From positions 1 to 64,000 of the IMG/VR virus record IMGVR_UViG_3300038309_000252: DNA of 64,000 nucleotides; one strand, given 5' to 3'. Shown one piece after another: positions 48,549-57,961 of the stretch; position 1 is the first letter of the stretch, and the number at the start of each line of letters is the position of its first letter. A model generated the notes under the pieces. It was not told where the DNA came from and ran no database searches. It saw only the letters and a list, made by a program, of their open reading frames with translations. The stretch is from a virus. Position numbers and translations under genes: made by a program.

Positions 48549-50003
48549 ATGAACAAAGAACAATTTCTAGACTGTTTGAAATTAAATGGCAAACTAGTAA
48601 CCAAAAGATGTACAGAAGCATACTTGGTTAAACATGATTTAATTCAATATTTGGATCAATTGATTGATCCTTCTTTTGGAACGATTAGCGACAGAATCAG
48701 ATTCTTGATTCATGGTGGTGGTTATTGTCTTGTTTGCGGTATCAGAACAAATGTTCATGTATCCGGCAAAGGGTTTGCCAAGTATTGTAATGCGCATTTC
48801 CATGAACCCAAAAAAGGAAAAAAAGCACACAATAGCATCGATGTCGACAAGACACAATTGTGGCAACTGTATGTGATCGAAAAGAAATCCTTGTCCGAAA
48901 TTGCCAAGATTTTGGGCAATGTCAGTAACGTTACATTAAGAAAGAAATTGATTGAACATGATATCCCACAAAGAACTCATTCAGAAAATCAAAGACTTCA
49001 TGTTAATCCAAAACCTAAAGGATTTGATTTCCCTAAAGAATGGTGGATTGAACAATACAAGACCAAAACATCAGAAACCATAGCAAACGAGCTAGGTTGT
49101 TCACCAGCATTAGTATTGCAAAGACTTTATGCTTTTGACATTCCAAGAATTACTTTTCTAAAAGACTCTATACCAGAACTTGTTATTCATGAAATCTTGA
49201 AGAAGAATAACGTTCCATTTCAAACTAGAGTTCGTGGTTTGCTGTCAAACAATCAAGAATTGGATGTTTTTATTCCGGATTGTAATCTAGCAATCGAAGT
49301 GAACGGTTTGTATTGGCATTCTGAACTAGCAGGCAAAGGACCAAAGTATCATTTGAACAAAACTATTCAATGTGATGCCAAAGGGATTCAATTGCTACAA
49401 TTCTGGGATTCCGAAATCAGGGATCATCCAGAAATCATTGAATCGATGATTTTGTCTAAGCTTAAGAAAACCAAAAGAATCTTTGCCCGAAAGACTGTTT
49501 TGACAGAAATCGATTACCAAACAGGAAAAACATTCTTTGAGCGTACGCATCTTCAAGGCAATGCAGCTGCACCATTGTTTCTTGGATTATTTTATGATAA
49601 TCAATTAGTTTGTTGTGCTTCATTTGCAAAACCTAGGTTTTCCAAGAATCATGATTGGGAATTGATCAGGTTTGCTTCAGAATTAAATGTTACTGTTATT
49701 GGAGGTTTATCAAAAATTATAAATAAAGTAACAGGAACAATTGTTTCTTATGCCAATCGCAGATGGTCTAAGGGCAATTGTTATTCTGCTTTAAGCATGA
49801 ATCTGATTGGTCAAACCAAACCAGGGTATTGGTATACTAAAGATTTCAAGCATCTTGAAAATCGCATGAAGTTTCAAAAACACCTCTTAGAAAAAACAAG
49901 TGTACATTTTGAACCAACTCTTTCTGAATCAGAAATCATGCAGAAATCAGGGTATTCAAAGGTTTGGGATTGCGGTAATCTAATTTTTCAAAAATTAAAA
50001 TAA
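48549..50003 (+). CDS. Second free-standing endonuclease of the same family as 40924-42405
   Basis: CxxC..C..H, HTH repeats, ELDVFIP..AIEVNGLYWHS, HLQG..WELIRFA..VSYAN..WDCG. Confidence 0.75.
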   Translation: MNKEQFLDCLKLNGKLVTKRCTEAYLVKHDLIQYLDQLIDPSFGTISDRIRFLIHGGGYCLVCGIRTNVHVSGKGFAKYCNAHFHEPKKGKKAHNSIDVDKTQLWQLYVIEKKSLSEIAKILGNVSNVTLRKKLIEHDIPQRTHSENQRLHVNPKPKGFDFPKEWWIEQYKTKTSETIANELGCSPALVLQRLYAFDIPRITFLKDSIPELVIHEILKKNNVPFQTRVRGLLSNNQELDVFIPDCNLAIEVNGLYWHSELAGKGPKYHLNKTIQCDAKGIQLLQFWDSEIRDHPEIIESMILSKLKKTKRIFARKTVLTEIDYQTGKTFFERTHLQGNAAAPLFLGLFYDNQLVCCASFAKPRFSKNHDWELIRFASELNVTVIGGLSKIINKVTGTIVSYANRRWSKGNCYSALSMNLIGQTKPGYWYTKDFKHLENRMKFQKHLLEKTSVHFEPTLSESEIMQKSGYSKVWDCGNLIFQKLK

Positions 50004-50008
50004 GAACT

Positions 50009-51313
50009 ATGAACACATCAAATGATTTAATGGATTATTTGGACACCTTAAATGAAGGTGTATGTGAGTTTTCTGCAGATGGTACTATTTTTTTGTCAAA
50101 CCAGGCATTTCCAAAATTAATTGGTTACACTGTTAAAGAAGTAATGTCACCTATTTTTAATTGGAAACTTGTAACACATCCTGATGATGTTTTAAATGAT
50201 GAATTACAAATTAGAAAAGTACTTAAATACAATAATAATGTAAAATATGAAAAAAGATTCATTCATAGAAATGGGTCAATTGTTTATGTAACTACATCAT
50301 ACAAACAGTTAAAAATTCAACATGATCCTAATTGTATTCACATGGTAGCTGTTATTACTGACATTACTGTTCTTAAAAAGAAAGATGAACAATTGATATC
50401 CATGTACAATGAACAGCATGAAGTTTTAGAATCGATCAATGAAAGATTAAAATTATTAGCTAAAGGTGATATTAAATCACCAATTAGTAATTTTAATGGT
50501 AAATGGAAGTCTTTAAGTGATAATTTAACTAGTGTGATTAATACTTTTAGTAATCTAGCTAATACAGCTAAAGAAATGTCTTCCCATCTTAAAATTAGCT
50601 TATATGAATTAGAATCAGAAACAATAGAAATTAATAAAAAATCACAAGTACAAGCTAGCAGTACAGAAGAAATTTCTTCTTCTATGGAAGAACTTAATAC
50701 TTCATTTTCAGAGATAATAAATAAAATAGATGAAGGAAGTAAATTACTTAATTTAATATTAAAAAGAATTATAGAAGGATCTAAAGACCTAGTTAAATTA
50801 AATGACATTATGAGTACCATTAATAATTCTGGTGAATCAATCAATAATTTTGCGTCACTTATAAATGAAATATCAGTAAAGACAAATATTATTGCAATTA
50901 ATGCATTAATTGAAGCAGCACATTACGATTCACAGTCAAATGGGTTCACTGTTATTGCAAATGAAATTAGAAATTTGTCTAATTTAACAGCTTTAAATTC
51001 AAAGGAAATTAAAAAAAGTGTTGATGAAATTATAATGAATTTTGTTAATGGAATTAATTTATCAAATGAAGTACTAGAATTATTTAATAGAATAACCATA
51101 AAAACAGATACATGCAATAATATTTTTGATTTTATTAATCAAAGCATTAAGCAGCAAGAAAATAATACTGAATATGTTAATACCAGTCTTCAAGAAATAG
51201 CTAAAATAACTCAATTTAATAGTGTTCTTGTGGAAGAATTGAATAATACCATATCAATAATTAAAGAGAAATCAAATAAACTTGACGAATTGCTGCAATC
51301 TTTAAAAACTTAA
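50009..51313 (+). CDS. Soluble PAS-HAMP methyl-accepting chemotaxis protein
   Basis: PAS (NQAFPKLIGY..THPDD..EKRFIHRNGS..ITDIT); HAMP-like (LAKGDI); methylation helix QASSTEEISSSMEEL; signalling hairpin TNIIAINALIEAA..GFTVIANEIRNLS. Confidence 0.85.
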   Translation: MNTSNDLMDYLDTLNEGVCEFSADGTIFLSNQAFPKLIGYTVKEVMSPIFNWKLVTHPDDVLNDELQIRKVLKYNNNVKYEKRFIHRNGSIVYVTTSYKQLKIQHDPNCIHMVAVITDITVLKKKDEQLISMYNEQHEVLESINERLKLLAKGDIKSPISNFNGKWKSLSDNLTSVINTFSNLANTAKEMSSHLKISLYELESETIEINKKSQVQASSTEEISSSMEELNTSFSEIINKIDEGSKLLNLILKRIIEGSKDLVKLNDIMSTINNSGESINNFASLINEISVKTNIIAINALIEAAHYDSQSNGFTVIANEIRNLSNLTALNSKEIKKSVDEIIMNFVNGINLSNEVLELFNRITIKTDTCNNIFDFINQSIKQQENNTEYVNTSLQEIAKITQFNSVLVEELNNTISIIKEKSNKLDELLQSLKT

Positions 51314-51335
51314 TTATTAAAGGTGAAAATACATC

Positions 51336-51689
51336 ATGCACAAAGTGTTAGGAAATCATCTCATTATTGAATATTATGATTGTGATTATGCTGTTCTTAA
51401 TGATGTGAATGCTATAGAATCTATTATGCTGGAAGCAGCTAATTTAGCTAAAGCTACAATAATTGATTCAGTCTTTCACAAGTTTTCACCACAAGGTGTT
51501 TCTGGTGTTGTTGTTATTGCAGAAAGTCACCTTTCAATCCATACCTTTCCTGAACTTAATTATGCTGCTGTTGATGTTTTCACGTGTGGAAACATTGATT
51601 ACATGATTGCTCATAATTATTTAAAACTAAAATTACAATGCAACAATTGTAATGTGAAAGTAATTAAAAGAGGAATCATTAATGATTGA
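51336..51689 (+). CDS. speD: S-adenosylmethionine decarboxylase proenzyme
   Basis: GNHLIIEYYDC, FSPQGVSGVVVIAE/SHLSIHTFPE (pyruvoyl cleavage site) and DVFTCG motifs. Confidence 0.93.
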   Translation: MHKVLGNHLIIEYYDCDYAVLNDVNAIESIMLEAANLAKATIIDSVFHKFSPQGVSGVVVIAESHLSIHTFPELNYAAVDVFTCGNIDYMIAHNYLKLKLQCNNCNVKVIKRGIIND

Positions 51690-52326
51690 TAAAAATATGA
51701 AATTAATTCAAAACAATCAAAAACAAATTGATCTTTTAGAAGAAAAAGCTAAGCTGATCTATAATAAAGTTAACACTGGCAAATTAAATAAGTTCATCAT
51801 TGATGATGTTATTAATATTATTGATGGTCCAGGTATTGGAAGAAATCAGCATAAATCATCTGGAATTAGATTAGTAAATGTAAGGTTATTTCATAATGAT
51901 GAGTTTAATTTTAATACAAGTAATTTTATTGATCAGTTAGAAGTTGAAAAGAAATATAAAAAATATCTTCTAAAAGAAAATGATTTACTTGTAGTATCAG
52001 GAACAATGTCTTTTGGTAAACATATTACAATTAGACATATTCATTTACCATTACTTCTTAATAGCTATATCTATAATTTCACTCCAAAAGAACCATTAAA
52101 TACATGGTATCTTAAAGCATATATTACCCATGGTGGTTTCAAAGAAAAGTTAAAGTCTGTAACATCAGGTTCAATTGTTATTGGATCAAATAAAAATAAT
52201 ATTAAATTATTAAATATAGGGTTACCTAATATAAATACTTTATGTGATATAGAAGAACAGTTTTCTGAAATATACAACAAGAAAAAGTTATTATTAGATG
52301 AAAATTATTGCTTGAGAAATAATTAG
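51682..52326 (+). CDS. hsdS: Half-size type I R-M specificity subunit (single TRD)
   Basis: N-terminal helix QIDLLEEKAKLIY, TRD features (KYLLKENDLLV, SGS, IKLLNIGLPN) and a C-terminal helix; next to hsdM. Confidence 0.7.
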   Translation: MIDKNMKLIQNNQKQIDLLEEKAKLIYNKVNTGKLNKFIIDDVINIIDGPGIGRNQHKSSGIRLVNVRLFHNDEFNFNTSNFIDQLEVEKKYKKYLLKENDLLVVSGTMSFGKHITIRHIHLPLLLNSYIYNFTPKEPLNTWYLKAYITHGGFKEKLKSVTSGSIVIGSNKNNIKLLNIGLPNINTLCDIEEQFSEIYNKKKLLLDENYCLRNN

Positions 52327-52336
52327 GAAATTAATC

Positions 52337-53446
52337 ATGTGGGATGAATTTGAAAAATTTAAAAATACAGTTAAACTTGATAACAACCTTGTGTCTAATG
52401 ATTCGTTTGGTGATTTATACCAACTTTTCTTAGCTAAGAAAGGAAACAGTGTTATTGATGGAGAATACTACACTCCAAAACCCATTGTATCTATTCTTTT
52501 GAGTTTAATTAAACCAAATAAAGGTCTTCTTTTAGATCCATCATGTGGTACAGGTGGAATGTTTGTACAATGTGCGGAATTATTAAATACGTCTGATCTT
52601 ACCTTTTATGGTATTGAAAAAAATGAATTACCTGCTGAGTTAGCAAGACTTAATTTGAAAAATAATAACATGAATGGAACTATTGTTACAGCAAGTACTT
52701 ATTATAAAGATCCATTAGATATGGTTGGGAAATTTGATTTTATTCTTGCAAATCCTCCTTATAACGTTAAGGACATCGATGCAATTAAATTGCGACAAGA
52801 CACAAGACTTCCATTTGGCATGCCACCATTTTCATCAAAACAGAAAATATTAAATGGAAATTATTTGTGGTTAAGTTATTTTTATAGTTACTTGAATGAA
52901 CATGGAAAAGCAGCATGTGTAATGCCTTCCCAAACAAGTGCTGGTTCAATATTTTTTGCAGATTATAAAAAGAAATTAATTGAATCACAATCTATTGAAA
53001 TGATTATTGCTCTTAGCAGATGTTTTTTCAAATATACTTCAGTTCCATGTGAATTATGGATTATTGATAAAAACGTCAATAGACCAAATCGCGATAAAGT
53101 GTTGTTTATTAACATGGAAAATTATAAAGTAAAAAACTATTCAATAGACTATGAAAATGAAATTATGGATATAGTCAATTTCTATAGAAATAATCCGGAA
53201 TCTACAATAAACATTGCAGAAAAAGCAAAATCAATAAAAATTAGTGATTTAGGAAAAAATAATTACTGGTTAACACCAAGGTTTCATATAGATATTAAAG
53301 AGCAAGAAATTATTGGAAATGCTGATGAGAGGTTAATGGAAATTGATAATGAATTGGCATTGTTAGAAGAAGAATCAATTATTCTTAGAAAAGAATTGGA
53401 ATCCAATTTTGGAAATCATACTATTAATACTTTTGCTATTGGTTAA
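52337..53446 (+). CDS. hsdM: Type I-like N6-adenine DNA methyltransferase (HsdM, shortened N-terminus)
   Basis: GEYYTP, LDPSCGTGGMF, FDFILANPPY and NGNYLW motifs. Confidence 0.88.
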   Translation: MWDEFEKFKNTVKLDNNLVSNDSFGDLYQLFLAKKGNSVIDGEYYTPKPIVSILLSLIKPNKGLLLDPSCGTGGMFVQCAELLNTSDLTFYGIEKNELPAELARLNLKNNNMNGTIVTASTYYKDPLDMVGKFDFILANPPYNVKDIDAIKLRQDTRLPFGMPPFSSKQKILNGNYLWLSYFYSYLNEHGKAACVMPSQTSAGSIFFADYKKKLIESQSIEMIIALSRCFFKYTSVPCELWIIDKNVNRPNRDKVLFINMENYKVKNYSIDYENEIMDIVNFYRNNPESTINIAEKAKSIKISDLGKNNYWLTPRFHIDIKEQEIIGNADERLMEIDNELALLEEESIILRKELESNFGNHTINTFAIG

Positions 53447-53448
53447 CT

Positions 53449-54102
53449 ATGAAAAAAATAACTCATGATTTCATTCAAAATAATCAAAAACAAATTGATC
53501 TTTTAGAAGAAAAAGCTAAATTAATCTATAATAAATCATTATCAAACCAAACAGAAAAATTAAATTTTGATGATGTTATTGATATCATTGAAGGACCAGG
53601 TATTGGAAGAAATCAGCATAGACAAAATGGGATTAGAATAAGTAATATTAGACTATTCAACAATGATGAATTTAATTTTAAAACAGCTAACTTTATTGAC
53701 GCATTAGAAGTTGAAAATAAATATAAAAAATATCTTCTAAAAGAAAATGATATTCTAGTAGTTGCTGCAACTACAGTATTAGGAAAATCTGTATTAGTTA
53801 GAAGTAATCATTTACCTTTGTTATTAAATGTACATCTTTATAGATTAACACCAAAAGAACCATTAAATACATGGTATCTTAAAGCATATATTACACATGG
53901 TGATTTTAAAAAGAAATTAAATTCAATAAGATCTGGATCAACATCAATATGGCAGACACAGATTGACAGCATAAAATCATTGAACATAAAGTTGCCAAAT
54001 CTAAACACATTGTGTGATATAGAAGAACAGTTTTCTGAAATATACAGTAAAAAAAAGGCATTATTAGATGAAAATCACAAAATCATGCATGCGGATTCAT
54101 AG
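53449..54102 (+). CDS. hsdS: Second half-size type I specificity subunit
   Basis: Close paralogue of 51682-52326. Confidence 0.7.
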   Translation: MKKITHDFIQNNQKQIDLLEEKAKLIYNKSLSNQTEKLNFDDVIDIIEGPGIGRNQHRQNGIRISNIRLFNNDEFNFKTANFIDALEVENKYKKYLLKENDILVVAATTVLGKSVLVRSNHLPLLLNVHLYRLTPKEPLNTWYLKAYITHGDFKKKLNSIRSGSTSIWQTQIDSIKSLNIKLPNLNTLCDIEEQFSEIYSKKKALLDENHKIMHADS

Positions 54103-54142
54103 AATATAACCAATTTCTCATTTTAATTCAATTATCATTTTC

Positions 54143-54150
54143 TATAAATA
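54143..54150 (+). promoter_or_regulatory. Possible late promoter TATAAATA
   Basis: Exact T4 late consensus in intergenic DNA upstream of 54275; the region is very AT-rich, so a chance match is possible. Confidence 0.4.
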
Positions 54151-54274
54151 TAAAAATGTTAATTATGTGATAATATGATGATATGATAACATGAAAACAA
54201 AAGAATGGTTTAATCTTTTTAAGATTATCTATTATACTTAAGAACTTAAGTATAATTAAAAATAGGAAACATAT

Positions 54275-54889
54275 ATGGATATTAAAAACTATACCGGTAT
54301 TGAGCTAGCAGTTCAATACATGAATGAAAGCGTTATCCATGAAGATGCTAGTGTATCAACTAAGATTGCCCCGCCAGCAAAAGGACTAGTATTACGCAAA
54401 GTTAAAGACAAGTTCGGGCAAGTGAGTGAATATTTAATTGTCGCTGCTGCGCCAAATGCCATCAAAGAAATACCTACTCAACGTAAAACATGGAGTCCAG
54501 GCAGTGATGGTGGAAAATTACAATTGACAGTAGGTTCATCAATTCCGGCATATGAATTGCAATTGATTAAGTTCCACCAGATTCCATACAAAATTGAACG
54601 TCAACGTAATTCCATGAATGAAAACAAAAATGAAAATATAGACAAAAAAATTGTACAAGAATTACAAGATGCCTTTTTGACTATTTTAGAAGATTCTGGT
54701 CGGTTAGAATCACTTGATACAGTAGCAAGCAATGCTTCTTCAATAAGTATTTCACCAAGGCAATTAGATGTGCTTCATGCTTTGAATCTTGTATTATCAT
54801 ACTTTGCAACATCTGCTGAATATGCTCTTTGGAAAAAACACTTGGAACAAATTAAAGGTGCCTTGAAAAACGTAGATTTGTCTATTTGA
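54275..54889 (+). CDS. Hypothetical protein, possibly a chimera
   Basis: 204-aa ORF with SD AGGA; an internal Met (MNENK) follows the 23-bp repeat. Confidence 0.6.
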   Translation: MDIKNYTGIELAVQYMNESVIHEDASVSTKIAPPAKGLVLRKVKDKFGQVSEYLIVAAAPNAIKEIPTQRKTWSPGSDGGKLQLTVGSSIPAYELQLIKFHQIPYKIERQRNSMNENKNENIDKKIVQELQDAFLTILEDSGRLESLDTVASNASSISISPRQLDVLHALNLVLSYFATSAEYALWKKHLEQIKGALKNVDLSI

Positions 54890-55137
54890 TCAAGGTGGAG
54901 ATTATAAAGATTCCATACAAAATTGAACGTTAATCCACAAAATCATGCATGCGGATTCATAGAATATAACCAATTTCTTATTTTTTTAACTGCTGTGTGA
55001 ACTGGTGTTGCAATTCTTGTGTATAATGATAATTTCACTTGGTCATCTGAAGATTGATAAGAATAATCTTTTTGATTTTTATTATTAGTTGTATTCGTAA
55101 CTTTTTTCTTCATTTTTTGTCCTAGGGGTATTAATTG

Positions 55138-57063
55138 ATGAAAAATCAAAAAGGTGTGGTTCTTTTGATAATGTTAGCTTTATTATTTATAGCAACTGTA
55201 CTTGCAATTGCAATGGTTAATTCAACTATTAGTGAAATCAGAATATCAGCGCTAAGAACACAAAGAGAAGTAAGCTACTCATTAGCTGAATTAGCAGCTA
55301 ACCAAGTTATTAATAAATTAAATAATAATGATACAGATTTACCATTAACACCATTTAAATTAAATTGTAGTCAAAACAAGTGGATTGGTGGATTAGATAC
55401 ATCTGAATTTGATTGCCTTACTGAATTAATACCAATTTTAGATTATAGTGGCTATATTAAAATACATGCTGGTATGGCAGGAAATGTTAATCAATTACGT
55501 GCCAGATCAGCAGTAATTCCAATTCCTTCAGGGTTTGGTCCTATTATTGGAACACCAGGAAGATATCAATATGTATTAGTTACTAACTCTATTTTTCCAA
55601 ATACAAACAAAGAAAATATAAATTGGATTGATAGAAAAAATGGTGCTATTTGGATTAAGCAGCAAAATCAATCAAATATATTAGAAAAAGCACCATTTAA
55701 TTTAGTTAATATTCCTACACCTTTATCATTAAATAATAATCCATGGGAATCATTCAAATGGAGTGATTACAACAGATATCTTAAAAATGATGCTATCTCT
55801 GCATTAAAAGAACGTGCTGGATTAGTTGAAGGAACAGAACTTAAAGATTCTGTTAGTCAGAGATATCAAAGACTTAAAGATGCCTACCAAAATTGGGAAG
55901 ACTTAGGGAATCAATATAATGGATTAAAAACTGCTGTTTTAATAGAAGCAATTTTACTTGATGCTGGACAATCAATTATTTTATCTCCACAAATGATAGC
56001 ATCTGTTGCTGGAATAGTGAGTGGATTAGCAACATTAGGAACTACTACTTTAATAACAGCAGCAGCTACGACAGCATTATCTAATGTGGAAAATAGCATA
56101 ACAACAGCGGCATTTCAAAATATATACAATGAATTTGAATCTATTGGAAATGATTATGTCAATGCGTCAATTCGTGTAATTGAAGCAAGAAATGATATTA
56201 GACGTCCATGGATATCTCTTGATAATCTGCATGATGCAGAAAAATCTGAATCAACTTGGAAATGTGGTAAAAATGATACTGATAGAGTATTCTTGACTGA
56301 AAAAACAATGAAGGATCAACAGTTTTATGATCAAACATTTTCTAATTTAGCTATAAAAAATGTTCAATTATTATTGAATTTAATTAACCCTATTCTTATG
56401 TTATCAAAAACTGTAGGTTATGGGCAACATTTGACAAATGTGTTATCACTAATAGATGAACTTAAAAAAAATGAAAAACAAATTCTTGATATTATAAAAT
56501 CAGGAATTGATAACAAATCTACAAAAAATGAAATTGAACCTATATTTATGCTTGTCGACATAAATCCTTTGGATATAGAATCCATAAGTACAGGAGATGG
56601 ATATATTCAATCACATGTTATGTGTAATGATGATTCTGTGTTAACTTTAACATCACAAGCAAAAAGATTCAGACCATTTCAAACCAATACACCATCAAGA
56701 ATACAATATGCAACAATCATTCATTCTGGTGTTATAAAATTAGCATCTGAATCACGTTTAATTAATAATAAAGTTAATGTTGTCATTATTTCAAATGACG
56801 ATATTACTATTGCACAAGATAAATTATTACAAAAATTACAAACAGGTCAAGATGAAGGATTTATTCTTTGGACAGATAAAGATATTCAATTAAATAGACC
56901 AATTCATGGTGCAATTATTGCTGGTGGAACTTTATCTATAGATAATACATTAACAGAAATGCTAAAATATAATCCAGCATTAGATATAACTTTACTTGGG
57001 AAAGGAAAATATCCTATTGCTGGATATACTCTTGGAAGTTGGTCAGGTTTAGACTCAAACTGA
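55138..57063 (+). CDS. PilX-like type IV minor pilin with a large C-terminal region
   Basis: MKNQKG/VVLLIMLALLFIATVLAIAMVNS..E..IS..Q..SYSLAELA: class III prepilin leader and PilX N-terminal pattern (no Glu at +5). Confidence 0.72.
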   Translation: MKNQKGVVLLIMLALLFIATVLAIAMVNSTISEIRISALRTQREVSYSLAELAANQVINKLNNNDTDLPLTPFKLNCSQNKWIGGLDTSEFDCLTELIPILDYSGYIKIHAGMAGNVNQLRARSAVIPIPSGFGPIIGTPGRYQYVLVTNSIFPNTNKENINWIDRKNGAIWIKQQNQSNILEKAPFNLVNIPTPLSLNNNPWESFKWSDYNRYLKNDAISALKERAGLVEGTELKDSVSQRYQRLKDAYQNWEDLGNQYNGLKTAVLIEAILLDAGQSIILSPQMIASVAGIVSGLATLGTTTLITAAATTALSNVENSITTAAFQNIYNEFESIGNDYVNASIRVIEARNDIRRPWISLDNLHDAEKSESTWKCGKNDTDRVFLTEKTMKDQQFYDQTFSNLAIKNVQLLLNLINPILMLSKTVGYGQHLTNVLSLIDELKKNEKQILDIIKSGIDNKSTKNEIEPIFMLVDINPLDIESISTGDGYIQSHVMCNDDSVLTLTSQAKRFRPFQTNTPSRIQYATIIHSGVIKLASESRLINNKVNVVIISNDDITIAQDKLLQKLQTGQDEGFILWTDKDIQLNRPIHGAIIAGGTLSIDNTLTEMLKYNPALDITLLGKGKYPIAGYTLGSWSGLDSN

Positions 57064-57070
57064 ATCTATT

Positions 57071-57447
57071 TCATGAAGCATTAGATGTCCTAATCAATAC
57101 ATTGCAATTATCCAAAAATGAAATCACACAATCTGTAATCCATGTTGGGTGTATGGCATCTTTAATGTGGTCACGCATATATTTTTCAGGATTTTTCAAA
57201 AAGTCTTGAAGTTCATTTTCATTTGGTTCAGGTATACCTGCAGCATGCAGTGCTTCATTATATGTCATTACCATGTATTCCTGCTTAATTATACTTGGAT
57301 TAGCATCGATATCACAAGTTTGAGCATATTGCTCAAATGATCAAAAAGCGCATCGGTCACTTTTCGATTTTTCCACCTGGCGCCTAATGAGGACATGGCA
57401 CCTCGAAACGCATATTTGTCTGATATACACCAGGTTAGATTACCCAT
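57071..57447 (-). pseudogene. Frameshifted paralogue 3 of a small phage protein family
   Basis: ATG 57447 frame gives ..WKNRKVTDALFDHLS; homology continues in the -1 frame (QYAQTCDIDANP..AAGIPEP..PTWIT..NCNVLI). Confidence 0.65.
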
Positions 57448-57482
57448 TTCGTTATCCAATTTCTTGTCATAGACTGCGCAGT

Positions 57483-57510
57483 CATGGACCGGATTTAAAT
57501 CCGGTCCATG
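57483..57510. other. Perfect 28-bp palindrome (hairpin, terminator or operator)
   Basis: CATGGACCGGATTT-AAATCCGGTCCATG. Confidence 0.8.
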
Positions 57511-57533
57511 GTTAAATTAATAACACATTTCCA

Positions 57534-57868
57534 TTACTCATGCAGCTGAATCAACACATTTCCATTACTCATGAACTCAATTACAAATCTAGTTGTCCAT
57601 GATGGATTACGTGCCATAAAATATTTCTCAGGATCGTCTTTCAGTGCCGCTTTGACAACTGTAGTATTTGGCGCAGGTATACCTGCCTTCTTCAAGGCAA
57701 CAGACAAATTAATTTCAGCAAACTTGCGAGCTATTTTCGATGGATCTACCTCAATAGTGGCATTGTATGATAGCGCTTGACTACTTAAATGTTGGTAAAG
57801 CGCTTCTACTGCTGCCATTCACCATTAGAGATTAGCTCTTCGAACTCATTAATAGTCATAGTTTGCAC
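57534..57868 (-). pseudogene. Frameshifted paralogue 2 of the small phage protein family
   Basis: GTG 57868 (SD GAGG) gives VQTMTINEFEELISNGEW, then homology continues in the -1 frame (AVEALYQHL..AGIPAP..NPSW..NGNVLI). A 21-bp duplication lies at the 3' end (57522-57542, 57553-57573). Confidence 0.65.
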
Positions 57869-57908
57869 TACATTACCCTCTTCTTTTAACCATCCAAACC
57901 ATGATTAA

Positions 57909-57937
57909 ATTATCTCACATTCTGCATCATGTGTCAA
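57909..57937 (-). promoter_or_regulatory. Sigma70-type promoter for paralogue 2
   Basis: Minus strand TTGACA-17 nt-GATAAT with TG extension. Confidence 0.65.
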
Positions 57938-57961
57938 CTATGCAGAAAATGCGCATTGGAG

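Larger units (their letters stand above)
54076..54978. repeat. 43-bp direct repeats (54076-54118, 54936-54978) and nested 23-bp direct repeats (54579-54601, 54908-54930)
   Basis: CACAAAATCATGCATGCGGATTCATAGAATATAACCAATTTCT twice; AGATTCCATACAAAATTGAACGT twice. Confidence 0.9.

Noticed and set aside
54943-55149. 68-aa minus-strand ORF
   Set aside because: Low-complexity, overlaps the PilX-like start and ends in the 43-bp repeat; not enough support, though a short gene from MKKKVT cannot be excluded.
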